Below the pieces are notes generated by a model that ran no database searches, had not been told where the DNA came from, and was given only the letters and a program-made list of their open reading frames with translations. Positions 1 through 9,723 of a stretch of 64,000 bases of DNA are shown here, in pieces. Each line of letters begins with the position of its first letter. The stretch's first letter is position 1. Position numbers and translations under genes: made by a program. Source of the stretch: Candidatus Omnitrophota bacterium. GTDB lineage: Bacteria; Omnitrophota; Gorgyraeia; Tantalellales; Tantalellaceae. The DNA lies in contig JADGBR010000001.1 in assembly GCA_015231405.1 (NCBI GenBank), positions 283,964-347,963 on the forward strand, in the 5' to 3' direction.

Positions 1-1409
1 CCCAGCACCTTGGCGCGTATAAAGTTGATACGCCAAGGGGATCCGTTACTTTTCTGGATACGCCGGGACACGAGGCTTTTACCGCTATGAGGGCCAGAGG
101 CGCCAACGCGACGGACATAGTCGTCCTTGTAGTGGCCGCGGATGACGGAGTAATGCCGCAGACTAAAGAGGCAATAGACCATGCACGGGCCGCTAATGTG
201 CCTATAATAGTTGCTATTAACAAATGCGATCTTCCCGGAGCTAATCCCAATAAAGTTAAAATAGGGCTGCAGGTAGAGAATCTAACATGCGAGGATTTCG
301 GCGGTAAGACGGTAATGGTCAAAGTTTCAGCTAAGACGGGCGAAGGAGTGAACACGCTTATCGAGATGCTTATGCTTGAGGCTGAACTTCTTGAATTGAA
401 ATCGAACCCCGAAATACGCGCCAGGGGGATAGTCCTCGACGCCAAGATATCCGCGGGACAGGGAGTTACGACGAACGTGCTCGTACAGAACGGGACATTG
501 CGTGTTGGGGATGTTGTCCTTACGGGGATCTATTTCGGAAAGATAAAGGCCATGATAAACGGCACCGGGGACAGGATATCCGAGGCTTTGCCATCCACAC
601 CTGTTGAGATCCTTGGTATCCAGGGAGTGCCGGAAGCCGGCGATACGTTCTATGTCGTTAAGGACGAGAAGAAGGCTAAAACCCTTTCGGAGCTCAAACA
701 GCAGGAAACGAGAAAGAACAGGATAGTTGGGAGCCAGAGGGTCACGCTTGAGCAGTTCCACGACATGGTCATCGGCGGCGAGATTAAGGAACTTAAAATA
801 ATATTGAAAGGCGATGTACAGGGGTCCGTCCAGGCGATAATCAAGTCCCTGACCGAATTGGCGACGGACGAAGTGAAAGTTACTTTTGTCCATACAATGG
901 TCGGAGATATAAACGAATCCGATATTATGCTCGCGATGGTCACTAACTCCGTTATTATTGGGTTCAGCGTGAAGGTTGAACCTAAAGCGGAAGCACTCGC
1001 GAAAGTTGAGAATATTGACGTACGTACTTACGATATTATATATGAGGCTATTGAGGACATTAAAGCGGCAATGGAAGGGCTTCTTGAGCCTATAGAGCAG
1101 GAGATCGTGCAGGGATATGCCGAGGTCAGAGCGGTATTCCCGTCACGGAACGGTAAGGCCGCGGGATGCGTCGTCACCAGGGGCATTGTCCACCGTAAAG
1201 ACAAGATCAAAGTTAAGCGTAATAAGGAGATAATCTTTACGGGTTCTATGGACGCCCTCAAACGGTTCAAGGACGATGTAAAGGAAGTAAGGGAAGGGAC
1301 CGAATGCGGTATATCCCTCCAGGGTTCAAATGATATCAAAGAAGGGGATATCATCGAGGCTTACATCATCGAAAAAATCGCCCGAAGGCTTGAAAAGACA
1401 AAAAAATAA
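1..1409 (+). CDS. infB: Translation initiation factor IF-2 (C-terminal part; 5' end lies outside the window)
   Basis: ORF open from the window edge. G-domain motifs (NKCD) followed by IF-2 domain II through C2. ORF-track M at 87 is internal. Confidence 0.9.
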   Translation, partial: QHLGAYKVDTPRGSVTFLDTPGHEAFTAMRARGANATDIVVLVVAADDGVMPQTKEAIDHARAANVPIIVAINKCDLPGANPNKVKIGLQVENLTCEDFGGKTVMVKVSAKTGEGVNTLIEMLMLEAELLELKSNPEIRARGIVLDAKISAGQGVTTNVLVQNGTLRVGDVVLTGIYFGKIKAMINGTGDRISEALPSTPVEILGIQGVPEAGDTFYVVKDEKKAKTLSELKQQETRKNRIVGSQRVTLEQFHDMVIGGEIKELKIILKGDVQGSVQAIIKSLTELATDEVKVTFVHTMVGDINESDIMLAMVTNSVIIGFSVKVEPKAEALAKVENIDVRTYDIIYEAIEDIKAAMEGLLEPIEQEIVQGYAEVRAVFPSRNGKAAGCVVTRGIVHRKDKIKVKRNKEIIFTGSMDALKRFKDDVKEVREGTECGISLQGSNDIKEGDIIEAYIIEKIARRLEKTKK

Positions 1410-1415
1410 CTTATA

Positions 1416-2414
1416 ATGCAGCTCACCAGAAAGAACATTCTCAGCGGGATGAGGCCTACCGGCTTGTTACACCTCGGCCATTACGTCGGCGTTCTCAAGA
1501 ACTGGGTTAAATTACAGGAAGAGTATGACTGTTATTTTATGGTCGCCGACTGGCACGCGCTTTTAAGCGAATATGAGAATCCTGAGGGCATTAGGAAGAA
1601 CGGGATCGAGATGGTCAAGGACTGGATATCCGTAGGCATTGACCCATTAAAGAGCGTCATGTTCATCCAGAGCGCGGTAAAGGAACATCTCGAGCTCGCC
1701 ATGGTCTTTTCTCTTTTAACGCCGCTCGGGTGGCTCGAAAGATGTACGACTTATAAGGAGCAGCTACGAGAGATAAAGGGGCGTATGATCGCGACCCACG
1801 GTTTTTTGGGTTATCCTGTCCTTCAGGCGGCGGATATCGCGCTTTACAACTCTCACGCTGTCCCTGTGGGCATAGACCAGCTTCCTCACCTTGAGCTTAC
1901 CAGGGAAATAATCCGGAAATTCAATTCCCTGTATAAAAAAGAGGTGTTCAATGAGCCGCTTGACCTCTTGACGAATTTTCCCAAACTGGTTGGCCTGGAT
2001 AACAGGAAGATGTCAAAAAGTTACGATAATTTTATAGCGATTTCGGATACGCGTGAAACCGTGAAAAAGAAGGTGCGGAGCATGTATACCGACCCTAACC
2101 GGATAAGCGCCGACGTTCCGGGGAATGTCGAGGGTAATCCCGTTTTCGTTTATCACGATATATTTAATGACAATGTCAACGAGGTCGAAGACCTCAAGGA
2201 CAGGTATAGGAAAGGAAAGGTCGGCGATGTGGAGGTTAAGGCGAAACTTGAAGCGGCTTTAAACAAATTTCTCGATCCCATCAGGGAGAAAAGGACGGCC
2301 CTTTCCGATGAATACATCCTTAAGGTCCTTGAGGACGGCGCTAAAAGAGCCGCTTTAACGGCGGACCGCACAATGCGTGAGGTCAAGAAGTGTTTACGGC
2401 ACGCGGTATGCTAG
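1416..2414 (+). CDS. trpS: Tryptophanyl-tRNA synthetase
   Basis: Class I aaRS signatures HLGH and KMSKS. Length 332 aa, typical for TrpS. Confidence 0.9.
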   Translation: MQLTRKNILSGMRPTGLLHLGHYVGVLKNWVKLQEEYDCYFMVADWHALLSEYENPEGIRKNGIEMVKDWISVGIDPLKSVMFIQSAVKEHLELAMVFSLLTPLGWLERCTTYKEQLREIKGRMIATHGFLGYPVLQAADIALYNSHAVPVGIDQLPHLELTREIIRKFNSLYKKEVFNEPLDLLTNFPKLVGLDNRKMSKSYDNFIAISDTRETVKKKVRSMYTDPNRISADVPGNVEGNPVFVYHDIFNDNVNEVEDLKDRYRKGKVGDVEVKAKLEAALNKFLDPIREKRTALSDEYILKVLEDGAKRAALTADRTMREVKKCLRHAVC

Positions 2415-2429
2415 AAAACTGACAAGCAT

Positions 2430-3158
2430 ATGTCTTATAAAGTAAAACTGAATTTTTTTGAAGGCCCGCTGGACCTGCTTTTATTCCTTATCAGGAAAGA
2501 ACGCATCGACATCTACGATATCCCGATATCTAAAATAACCGAGCAGTATCTGAATTACCTAGAGCTTATGCAGCTTTTGGACCTTGATGTTGCCGGAGAA
2601 TTTCTCGTAATGGCGGCCACTCTTATGCACATTAAGAGCAAGCTGCTCCTTCCTCCCGATCCCGAAGAGATAGCGGAGGGAGTCGAGGAAGACCCAAGAG
2701 ACGAACTTGTACGAAGGCTCCTGGAATATAAAAAGTACAAGGAAGCCGCCGAGAGCCTGCGCACTATGTACGATCAGAATCGCGAGCATTTCTTCCGGAG
2801 CGGGTCGGGCACCCAGGAAACGTTCGTGGGCGACGACGGGGAGACATATTTCGAAGCGAGCCTGTTCGATCTTATTAACGCGTTCAGGACGGTGTTGTCC
2901 AAGATACCTAAAGAGACGTTCCACCAGGTCATCAAGGAGATGTACACCGTCCACGATAAAATATCATTCATTAAAAGCGCCCTCGCTGAGTACGGTAAGG
3001 TAGGCTTTTTATCGCTGTTCGAGCCCACTGCCTCTAAATCTGAGATAATTGCGACGTTCCTGGCCATGCTCGAGCTCATGAAGATGCGAGAGGCGATCAT
3101 AGTCCAGAAGGAAGACAGAGGAGAGATCTTTCTCTTAAAATTTACGGGGAATATGTGA
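2430..3158 (+). CDS. scpA: Segregation and condensation protein A (kleisin)
   Basis: N-terminus FEGPLDLLLFLIRKERIDIYDIPISKI is the ScpA signature. Precedes scpB. Confidence 0.85.
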   Translation: MSYKVKLNFFEGPLDLLLFLIRKERIDIYDIPISKITEQYLNYLELMQLLDLDVAGEFLVMAATLMHIKSKLLLPPDPEEIAEGVEEDPRDELVRRLLEYKKYKEAAESLRTMYDQNREHFFRSGSGTQETFVGDDGETYFEASLFDLINAFRTVLSKIPKETFHQVIKEMYTVHDKISFIKSALAEYGKVGFLSLFEPTASKSEIIATFLAMLELMKMREAIIVQKEDRGEIFLLKFTGNM

Positions 3159-3312
3159 TGAAGAATGATCCGAAATATATGATACGGAATTCAGAATTCA
3201 GGATCCAGAATCCGGAATACGGAATACGGGATCGAAAGGGAATATTTATGCGACGTTCCAGATCCCGTATCGGCTATTCCTGGTTATCCATTGTAAAATA
3301 TGCGGGGTTAAA

Positions 3313-4077
3313 ATGACTGAAAATACGGGACTTGACGGGATAATAGAGGCTTTGTTCATAGCCGCCGAGAATGGGATCAGTATCGACGAGATCAAAAAAG
3401 CGCTTGACGGTATCGCTGAGGACCCTGAAATACTTGCCGCGATAGGCCGGCTTAAAGAGGAATACGTAAAGGAAGAAAGGGCGTTCCACCTGATGGAGGT
3501 AGCCGGCCGATACAGGATCGCGACAAAACCTAAATACGTGAAATGGATAAACAACCTTTATAAGATTGAACCCGAAAGGCTTACCGGTCCGGCACTTGAG
3601 TCGCTCGCCATACTGGCATATAAACAGCCGGCTACGAGGGCTGAGATCGAGGCTGTAAGGGGGGTCGGAGTCGGTGGGGTGCTCAATACCCTTCTTGAGA
3701 AAGGATTGATCAAGATCAAAGGACGGAAAGAGGTTATAGGGCGTCCGCTCTTATACGCTACCACCGAAAAATTTCTCGAACTTTTCGGTTTGAATTCACT
3801 TGATGATCTTCCGGCGCTCAGGACTTATACCCAGGAGGACCTTGAATTCGGGAAGAAGGACGAGAGCCAGTTAGTTCCGAAGGAGGGCGACGCTGACCGG
3901 GAAGGAGAGCCGAAGGACGCCGATCCTTCCGGACATGGAACTCATTCGGAAGGAGAGTCCACCGAATACCTCCCGGACGATGTCCCCGCCAGCGTGGACG
4001 ACCCGGCCGAGCCGGAAGAGCGGCATGACGCCCCTGATGACGAAAGTGTTTCGGGGATCGAAGAGACCAGTAAGTAG
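3313..4077 (+). CDS. scpB: Segregation and condensation protein B
   Basis: Tandem winged-helix ScpB motifs (IEALFIAAENGISIDEI; ESLAILAYKQPATRAEIEAVRGV) with an acidic C-terminal tail. Confidence 0.85.
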   Translation: MTENTGLDGIIEALFIAAENGISIDEIKKALDGIAEDPEILAAIGRLKEEYVKEERAFHLMEVAGRYRIATKPKYVKWINNLYKIEPERLTGPALESLAILAYKQPATRAEIEAVRGVGVGGVLNTLLEKGLIKIKGRKEVIGRPLLYATTEKFLELFGLNSLDDLPALRTYTQEDLEFGKKDESQLVPKEGDADREGEPKDADPSGHGTHSEGESTEYLPDDVPASVDDPAEPEERHDAPDDESVSGIEETSK

Positions 4078-4183
4078 TGGATAATTACGGCGGGAGAATT
4101 ATAGAATACAGAATAAAGAAGGGATGGGGTTTATTATGGGACCTGAATACTGGATTCTGGGTCCTAAGAAAGAGAGGCTTGTC

Positions 4184-5260
4184 ATGAATAAGAAAATAAG
4201 CTCGATCGAATCGCTGCGTGACAGGATCGACAGTGTCGACCGCGAACTCGTCAGCCTTCTCAACGAAAGAGGAAAGATCAGCCAGGAGATCGGCCACTAT
4301 AAAAAGTCGATCAATCGGGCGGTGTACGCTCCCGACAGGGAAGCCATGGTCTATAAAGGAGCGGTTGGTAAGAACAAAGGTCCCTTGAAGAACGATTCCA
4401 TAAAAGCGATATATCGTGAGATAATGTCAGCTTGCCTTTCAGTCGAAAAAGACCTGATAATCGCGTTCCTAGGCCCTGAGCTCACTTTTACGCACCAGGC
4501 CGCCGTTAAAAAATTCGGTCAAAGCGTCAAGTACCTTCCATGTGAAAATATTTCTGATGTTTACACGGAAGTTGAAAAAGGTAACGCGGATTACGGCGTT
4601 GTGCCTATAGAGAATTCCACGGAAGGCGCCGTGACCCATACAATGGACATGTTCGTCGATTCCGACCTAAAGATATGCGCGGAGATCTTCATGAGGATCT
4701 CGCACAGCATCCTCTCTTCCGCGAAAAGCTTAAGGGAGATCAAAAAAGTTTATTCACATCCCAGCGTTTTTGGACAGTGCCGGGGATGGATAGAGAAGAA
4801 TATACCTTACGCGAGGCTCGAGGACGTTTCATCTACGGTGAAGGCCGCTCAAAAAGCCGGGAAGGATCACGGCGCGGCGTGCATAGGGAGCGAATGGGCG
4901 GCGTCCAGATACGGACTTAATATCCTCTCCAGGATGATAGAGGACTCGTCCAGGAATTTCACCAGATTCCTGGTCATAGGCAAAGAGATGGGGCAGCCAT
5001 CCGGGAAGGACAAGACATCGCTAATGTTCTCCGTCAAGGATAAACCCGGAGTATTGCACGACATGCTCGGCGCTTTTAAAAAGAGGGGGATCAATCTGTC
5101 CAGGATCGAGTCCCGGCCGTCAAAAGTTAAGGCCTGGAAATACTATTTCTATTTGGACCTCGAAGGACACAGCGCTGAACCAAAGGTGCAAAAAGCGCTT
5201 GAAGATCTTAATTTGAATTGTATTTTCGTCAAAGTACTTGGATCGTATCCAAAGGGCTGA
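4184..5260 (+). CDS. pheA: Bifunctional chorismate mutase / prephenate dehydratase (P-protein) with C-terminal ACT domain
   Basis: CM_2 helix (SLRDRIDSVDRELVSLLNER), a PDT domain (GVVPIENSTEGAV, TRF) and a C-terminal ACT domain. Likely start is the ATG at 4184 with an AGAGAGG SD upstream; the ORF-track start at 4124 is an extension. Confidence 0.85.
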   Translation: MNKKISSIESLRDRIDSVDRELVSLLNERGKISQEIGHYKKSINRAVYAPDREAMVYKGAVGKNKGPLKNDSIKAIYREIMSACLSVEKDLIIAFLGPELTFTHQAAVKKFGQSVKYLPCENISDVYTEVEKGNADYGVVPIENSTEGAVTHTMDMFVDSDLKICAEIFMRISHSILSSAKSLREIKKVYSHPSVFGQCRGWIEKNIPYARLEDVSSTVKAAQKAGKDHGAACIGSEWAASRYGLNILSRMIEDSSRNFTRFLVIGKEMGQPSGKDKTSLMFSVKDKPGVLHDMLGAFKKRGINLSRIESRPSKVKAWKYYFYLDLEGHSAEPKVQKALEDLNLNCIFVKVLGSYPKG

Positions 5261-5319
5261 GTTTTATGCGGTAAAGAGAAAGGCGCGCCATTGGTCTTAC
5301 GCTGAGCAAGAGGTGAATC

Positions 5320-6420
5320 ATGAAACGGATATGGAAAAAGAGCCTCGATGAAATAAATCCCTATATTCCCGGAAAACCCATTGAGGAAGTTAAACGTGAA
5401 TTGGGCCTTTCGGATGTCGTTAAACTGGCCTCGAACGAGAGCCCTCTTCCGCCGTCTCCTAAAGTTATAGAAGCCATTAAAAGGGAAGCCGCGAATGTTA
5501 ACAGATATCCCGACGGCGGAGGTTTTTACCTCAAGAAAGCCATTTCAGGAAAACTTGGACTTCCCGCGGCAAATATTGTTCTCGGTAATGGTTCGGATGA
5601 GGTGTTGACCACCTTGCTCAGGACTTTCATTGAGCCGGGAGATGAGATCGTGATCGCGAAGCCTACTTTTCTTATGTATAAGATCTCGGCCGCTATCGAA
5701 GGTGCTGTTGTCAGGGAAGTCCCGATGATCGATTTTAAATATGATATTGACGGTATGCTAAAAGCCCTTGGGCCAAGGACAAAAGCGCTGATAATCGCTA
5801 ATCCCGATAATCCCACCGGAACTTACGTGAATATCGGGCAATTAGAACGGATTATCGAAGAACTGAGCCCGGATATCCTCCTGGTCCTTGATGAAGCCTA
5901 TTATGAGATGGCCCGCGGCGGGGATTATCCCGAATCCGTAGACTATTTTAAGAAAGGGATGAATAATCTCGTTATAGCGAGGACTTTCTCTAAAGTTTAC
6001 GCACTGGCGGGATTAAGGGCTGGATACGCGATAATGGACAAGGACATAGCCGCGCTGTACGATAAGGTGAGAGACCCGTTCAACGTGAATTCCATAGCGC
6101 AGGCCGCCGCCATAGCTGCACTTGAAGATGAAGCTTACATGAACAAGGTCCTTGATATCATCAGGAAAGGAAAAGAAAGGTTCTATTCATTTTTCGAGAA
6201 TATGGGAGTCGAATTCATTAATAGCCGTACGAATTTCGTTCTCGTTAAGATAGGTGCCGATTCTTCCCCGTTCTCAAAGGCCTTATTGAAAAAAGGCGTG
6301 ATAGTGAGGGATATGTCGGCATGGGGACTTGACGGTTACATCCGCGTCAACGCCGGTACGGAATCGGAGAACGATAAATTCTGCCAAGCCTTTGAAGAAG
6401 CCCTTGGAGAGCGCCGATGA
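5320..6420 (+). CDS. hisC: HisC-family class II aminotransferase. Likely the aromatic/histidinol-phosphate aminotransferase of the Phe/Tyr branch.
   Basis: N-terminal INPYIPGKP...KLASNESP motif and a PLP-lysine region. It is embedded between pheA and the DAHP synthase / tyrA genes. Confidence 0.8.
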   Translation: MKRIWKKSLDEINPYIPGKPIEEVKRELGLSDVVKLASNESPLPPSPKVIEAIKREAANVNRYPDGGGFYLKKAISGKLGLPAANIVLGNGSDEVLTTLLRTFIEPGDEIVIAKPTFLMYKISAAIEGAVVREVPMIDFKYDIDGMLKALGPRTKALIIANPDNPTGTYVNIGQLERIIEELSPDILLVLDEAYYEMARGGDYPESVDYFKKGMNNLVIARTFSKVYALAGLRAGYAIMDKDIAALYDKVRDPFNVNSIAQAAAIAALEDEAYMNKVLDIIRKGKERFYSFFENMGVEFINSRTNFVLVKIGADSSPFSKALLKKGVIVRDMSAWGLDGYIRVNAGTESENDKFCQAFEEALGERR

Positions 6421-7433
6421 TAATCGTCCTCGAGCCAAACGTCACAAAGGCGGAGATAGCCCATCTGATGGACAAGATCGAAAAGATGGGTCTCAAGCCC
6501 TGGCTTTCGGAAGGCGAGGAAAGGCGGATAATAGGCGTTATAGGGAAAGAGGATATTCTTCGACTGAAACCCCTCGAAGGCATTCCCGGCGTCGAAAAAG
6601 TCATACCTATACTTAAGCCATATAAACTGGCTTCGTTGGAGTATAAGCGTACTCCAAGCGAAATTACCCTGGGTAATGGCCTTACTATAGGGGGCGGTAA
6701 GATAGTTGTCATGGCCGGTCCCTGCTCTGTTGAGGGCCGGGAGATGCTTTTTGAAGTGGCGAGATCGGTAAAAAAATCCGGCGCGACCGTACTCCGGGGA
6801 GGAGCTTTTAAGCCTAGGACAAGCCCTTACAGTTTCCAGGGCCTAGGAGAAGAAGGGCTGAAATACCTTCGCGAAGCGGCAGATGCGACAGGGCTCCTAG
6901 TCGTTACTGAGCTTATGGATACGAGGAACCTGGATCTGGTGATGAGGTATACCGACATTATCCAGATCGGAGCCCGAAATATGCAGAATTTCGATCTTTT
7001 AAAAGAGGTTGGCAAGGTGAGGAAGCCGGTCCTCTTGAAAAGAGGTATGTCCTCGACCATCAAAGAATTACTCATGAGCGCTGAATATATCCTTTCCGGA
7101 GGGAATCCGGATGTCATATTGTGCGAGAGGGGGATAAGAACATTCGAGGATTTCACCAGGTTTACCCTCGATATTAACGCCGTACCGGCGGTGAAATCAC
7201 TTTCCCATCTGCCGATAATAGTCGACCCGTCGCACGCCTCAGGGAAATGGGGGCTTGTAAAGGCGTTGGCATTGGCCTCGATCGCCGCCGGCGCTGATGG
7301 ACTCATCGTCGAAGTACATTCTTCGCCTGAAGATGCGGTATCGGACGGAGATCAGTCCCTTGTTCCCGAAAGGTTCGCCGCCATGATGAAAGATATCTCG
7401 AAAGTTGCACTGGCCCTCGGGCGCGGGATATGA
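6417..7433 (+). CDS. 3-deoxy-7-phosphoheptulonate (DAHP) synthase, type I-beta, with N-terminal regulatory domain
   Basis: A ~75 aa ferredoxin-like N-terminal extension is followed by a KDSA/AroG(I-beta)-type TIM barrel (GPCSVE, LRGGAFKPRTSPY). The architecture resembles the Thermotoga-type enzyme. Confidence 0.8.
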   Translation: MIIVLEPNVTKAEIAHLMDKIEKMGLKPWLSEGEERRIIGVIGKEDILRLKPLEGIPGVEKVIPILKPYKLASLEYKRTPSEITLGNGLTIGGGKIVVMAGPCSVEGREMLFEVARSVKKSGATVLRGGAFKPRTSPYSFQGLGEEGLKYLREAADATGLLVVTELMDTRNLDLVMRYTDIIQIGARNMQNFDLLKEVGKVRKPVLLKRGMSSTIKELLMSAEYILSGGNPDVILCERGIRTFEDFTRFTLDINAVPAVKSLSHLPIIVDPSHASGKWGLVKALALASIAAGADGLIVEVHSSPEDAVSDGDQSLVPERFAAMMKDISKVALALGRGI

Positions 7434-8311
7434 AAGGTTTTAAGATGAAACAAGAAAAAAAACAATTCAGTAAAGTCGTTATAATAGGTATGGGCCTCAT
7501 TGGGGGTTCCATCGGTAAGGCCTTGTTGGAAAAAAGGATAGCACTCGAGGTCGTAGGGGTTTTTAGAAGGAAGATATCACTTGAAAAAGCGATTAAAGAA
7601 AAGTCGCTTTCCGGAGGATATGTCGATGACTATAACGAGGCTTTAAAGGGCGCCGAGCTCATTATCATAGCGACGCCAGTCAATACAATAATGCGCGTTC
7701 TGGAAAGGCTTTCAAAAGAAGTGAAGGATAGGGAAGTTATAGTTACAGATGTCGGCAGTACGAAAAAAGAGATAGTCGATTACGCCCGTCAATTCCGGTC
7801 GAAGTTCATTTTCATCGGCGCCCACCCAATTGCAGGTTCCGAAAGAACGGGGGTCGAGTATTCAAAAAGCGGACTTTTTACGGGGTCGATCTGCGTGCTC
7901 ACAAGGGATAGATATATCCCCCGAAAGGCGTTCGCCAGACTTAAATCCCTGTGGACGGCGCTCGGCGCCAAAGTCGATATCATCTCCCCTCATCAGCATG
8001 ATAGGTTCCTAGCTTTTACCAGCCATCTGCCGCATGCGGTAGCGTACGCGCTTGCCGGGTCAGAGTCGCCCGACATGGCTAAATATATGGCAACGGGGTT
8101 CAGGGATACGGCGAGGATAGCGTCATCTGACCCGTCGCTTTGGGCAGATATTTTCCTCAGTAACCGAGGGAACCTGCTGAAAGCCATTAAGGTGTATCGT
8201 GAACGGTTGGGCCTTATAGAAAAATTCGTAAGGCGAGTCGATCGGGAAGGTCTCCGTAAAACTCTGAAAAGTTGTAAGGGGGTCATGGATGCGGTCAGAA
8301 AAGAAGATTAA
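7430..8311 (+). CDS. tyrA: Prephenate dehydrogenase
   Basis: Rossmann motif IIGMGLIGGS and a PDH catalytic core (HP.AG). Sits in the same operon as pheA, hisC and the DAHP synthase. Confidence 0.8.
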   Translation: MKGFKMKQEKKQFSKVVIIGMGLIGGSIGKALLEKRIALEVVGVFRRKISLEKAIKEKSLSGGYVDDYNEALKGAELIIIATPVNTIMRVLERLSKEVKDREVIVTDVGSTKKEIVDYARQFRSKFIFIGAHPIAGSERTGVEYSKSGLFTGSICVLTRDRYIPRKAFARLKSLWTALGAKVDIISPHQHDRFLAFTSHLPHAVAYALAGSESPDMAKYMATGFRDTARIASSDPSLWADIFLSNRGNLLKAIKVYRERLGLIEKFVRRVDREGLRKTLKSCKGVMDAVRKED

Positions 8312-8990
8312 CGCCGTAGCGATCGATGGCCCGGCGGGCAGCGGGAAAAGCACCGTATCCCGTAAGGTAGCCAATAAACTCGGCTACACCTATATCGACA
8401 CAGGGGCGATGTACAGGGCGCTGACTCTTAAGATCATGGAAAAAAATATAGATCTTGAAGATTCCGAAAGGATCATCCGTGAATCAGGATCTTTCACCCT
8501 GGAGTTACAAACGTCCGGAATGAGTGACTCGACGATCAGGGTTTTACTTGACTCGAGGGATGTAAGTGACCTGATCCGCGACCCGGAGGTCACGCGAAAC
8601 GTTAAATATGTGGCCGTTGTTCCGGAAGTCAGGGCGAACCTGGTCAAGATGCAACAGAAAATGATAGCGAGCTTAGATGGTTCTGTGATGGAAGGAAGGG
8701 ATATCGGCACCGTTGTAATCCCTGACGCCAGGTATAAAATATTTCTGGACGCTTCCTTTAGTGAAAGGGTGGAAAGGCGATATCGCGAATTAATGGCGAA
8801 GGGCAACGACGTCATAATAGATGAAGTGGCGAAGGATCTCGAGGAAAGGGATAATTCAGATTACAGAAGGGCAGTGGGCCCTTTAAAAATGGCCGATGAC
8901 GCTCATCGCCTTGATACTACGGGTATGAGCATAGACGAGGTCGTTGACGCAATAGTCAGCGTCGTTCATGGCGACCGGGGCGGGAAATAA
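8289..8990 (+). CDS. cmk: Cytidylate kinase
   Basis: P-loop GPAGSGKST and the YIDTGAMYRA motif. Located upstream of rpsA, the arrangement seen in many bacteria. Confidence 0.9.
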   Translation: MRSEKKINAVAIDGPAGSGKSTVSRKVANKLGYTYIDTGAMYRALTLKIMEKNIDLEDSERIIRESGSFTLELQTSGMSDSTIRVLLDSRDVSDLIRDPEVTRNVKYVAVVPEVRANLVKMQQKMIASLDGSVMEGRDIGTVVIPDARYKIFLDASFSERVERRYRELMAKGNDVIIDEVAKDLEERDNSDYRRAVGPLKMADDAHRLDTTGMSIDEVVDAIVSVVHGDRGGK

Positions 8991-8992
8991 CT

Positions 8993-9601
8993 ATGATGTA
9001 CGATATTTCGAGGGATATTCTCGCGTTAATGGTGAAACTTTTATACAAAGTCAAAATATTCGACAGAAAGAACATTCCATCCGGGCCGTTCATCGTTGCG
9101 AGTAACCATTTAAGCTATCTCGACCCCCCGCTGGTCGGGCTTATATTCAGGAAACATAAACTTAACTTCATGGCAAAAAAGGAGCTTTTTGAAAAGCCCA
9201 TTATCGGACGCTGGTTCCATTTGGTGAAGTGTATACCGTTAGACCGCGGTAAGAACAGCGTGACCAGTATGAGGGAGGCCATAAAAAGGCTTAAAGACGG
9301 CAAGAACCTGGCGATATTCCCCGAAGGCACGCGTTCCGAGGATGGAGGTATCCAGGAGGCTAAAAGGGGAGTAGGGTTCATAATCGCTAAAGCCGCCGTG
9401 CCCGTCATCCCGGTCTATATCCATGGTACTAACGTGGGTCTGTCTAAAAAAGGTAAAATGAAATTATGGGCCAAGGTGACAGCCAGGGTCGGTGAGCCTA
9501 TATCGCCGCAAGAGATCATGGCCAATAATCCCGATAAGAAAGATTATTCAGAGATATCAACATATGTGATGAAGAAGATAACGGAACTGGGGAAACAGTG
9601 A
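8993..9601 (+). CDS. plsC: 1-acyl-sn-glycerol-3-phosphate acyltransferase
   Basis: Acyltransferase motifs NHLSYLD (H(X4)D) and FPEGTRS. Confidence 0.8.
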   Translation: MMYDISRDILALMVKLLYKVKIFDRKNIPSGPFIVASNHLSYLDPPLVGLIFRKHKLNFMAKKELFEKPIIGRWFHLVKCIPLDRGKNSVTSMREAIKRLKDGKNLAIFPEGTRSEDGGIQEAKRGVGFIIAKAAVPVIPVYIHGTNVGLSKKGKMKLWAKVTARVGEPISPQEIMANNPDKKDYSEISTYVMKKITELGKQ

Positions 9602-9723
9602 GCCTGTTTTCCGGCTATGTCCGTGTTCTCCGGGATGAATTAATATTTATTGTTCTTGCATCTTTTACTCGAAAAGGTTACAATATTTGTCCTAAAATCG
9701 TATAAAAAAAGGAGTTGGTCTAG

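Noticed and set aside
327-893. 188-aa minus-strand ORF, and many similar antisense ORFs (for example 10138-10755, 12488-13081, 14816-15733, 27366-27836, 28138-28842, 41433-41915, 52825-53298, 54229-54663)
   Set aside because: Each lies entirely inside a well-supported plus-strand gene (infB, rpsA, pnp, ftsK, uvrA, fprA, dnaG, rpoD). They have low-complexity Ser/Pro/Arg-rich translations typical of antisense frames.
3159-3312. Possible CRISPR-like or tandem repeat in the scpA-scpB spacer
   Set aside because: The units are only 5-6 nt and imperfect, with no repeat-spacer periodicity. There are no cas genes anywhere in the window, so it is not a CRISPR array. Kept only as a low-interest regulatory observation.
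4124-4183. N-terminal extensions suggested by the ORF track, for example pheA at 4124, rpsO at 11454, uvrA at 26974, tonB-like at 33805, rubrerythrin at 41885, glutaredoxin at 42451, permease at 44241, the HTH gene at 20398 and the thioredoxin at 36040
   Set aside because: In each case an internal ATG or GTG preceded by a good Shine-Dalgarno sequence matches the conserved N-terminus of the family. The upstream extension overlaps the preceding gene or a promoter.
6329-6616. 95-aa plus-strand ORF spanning the hisC/DAHP-synthase junction
   Set aside because: An Arg/Ser-rich alternative frame overlapping two confidently assigned genes.
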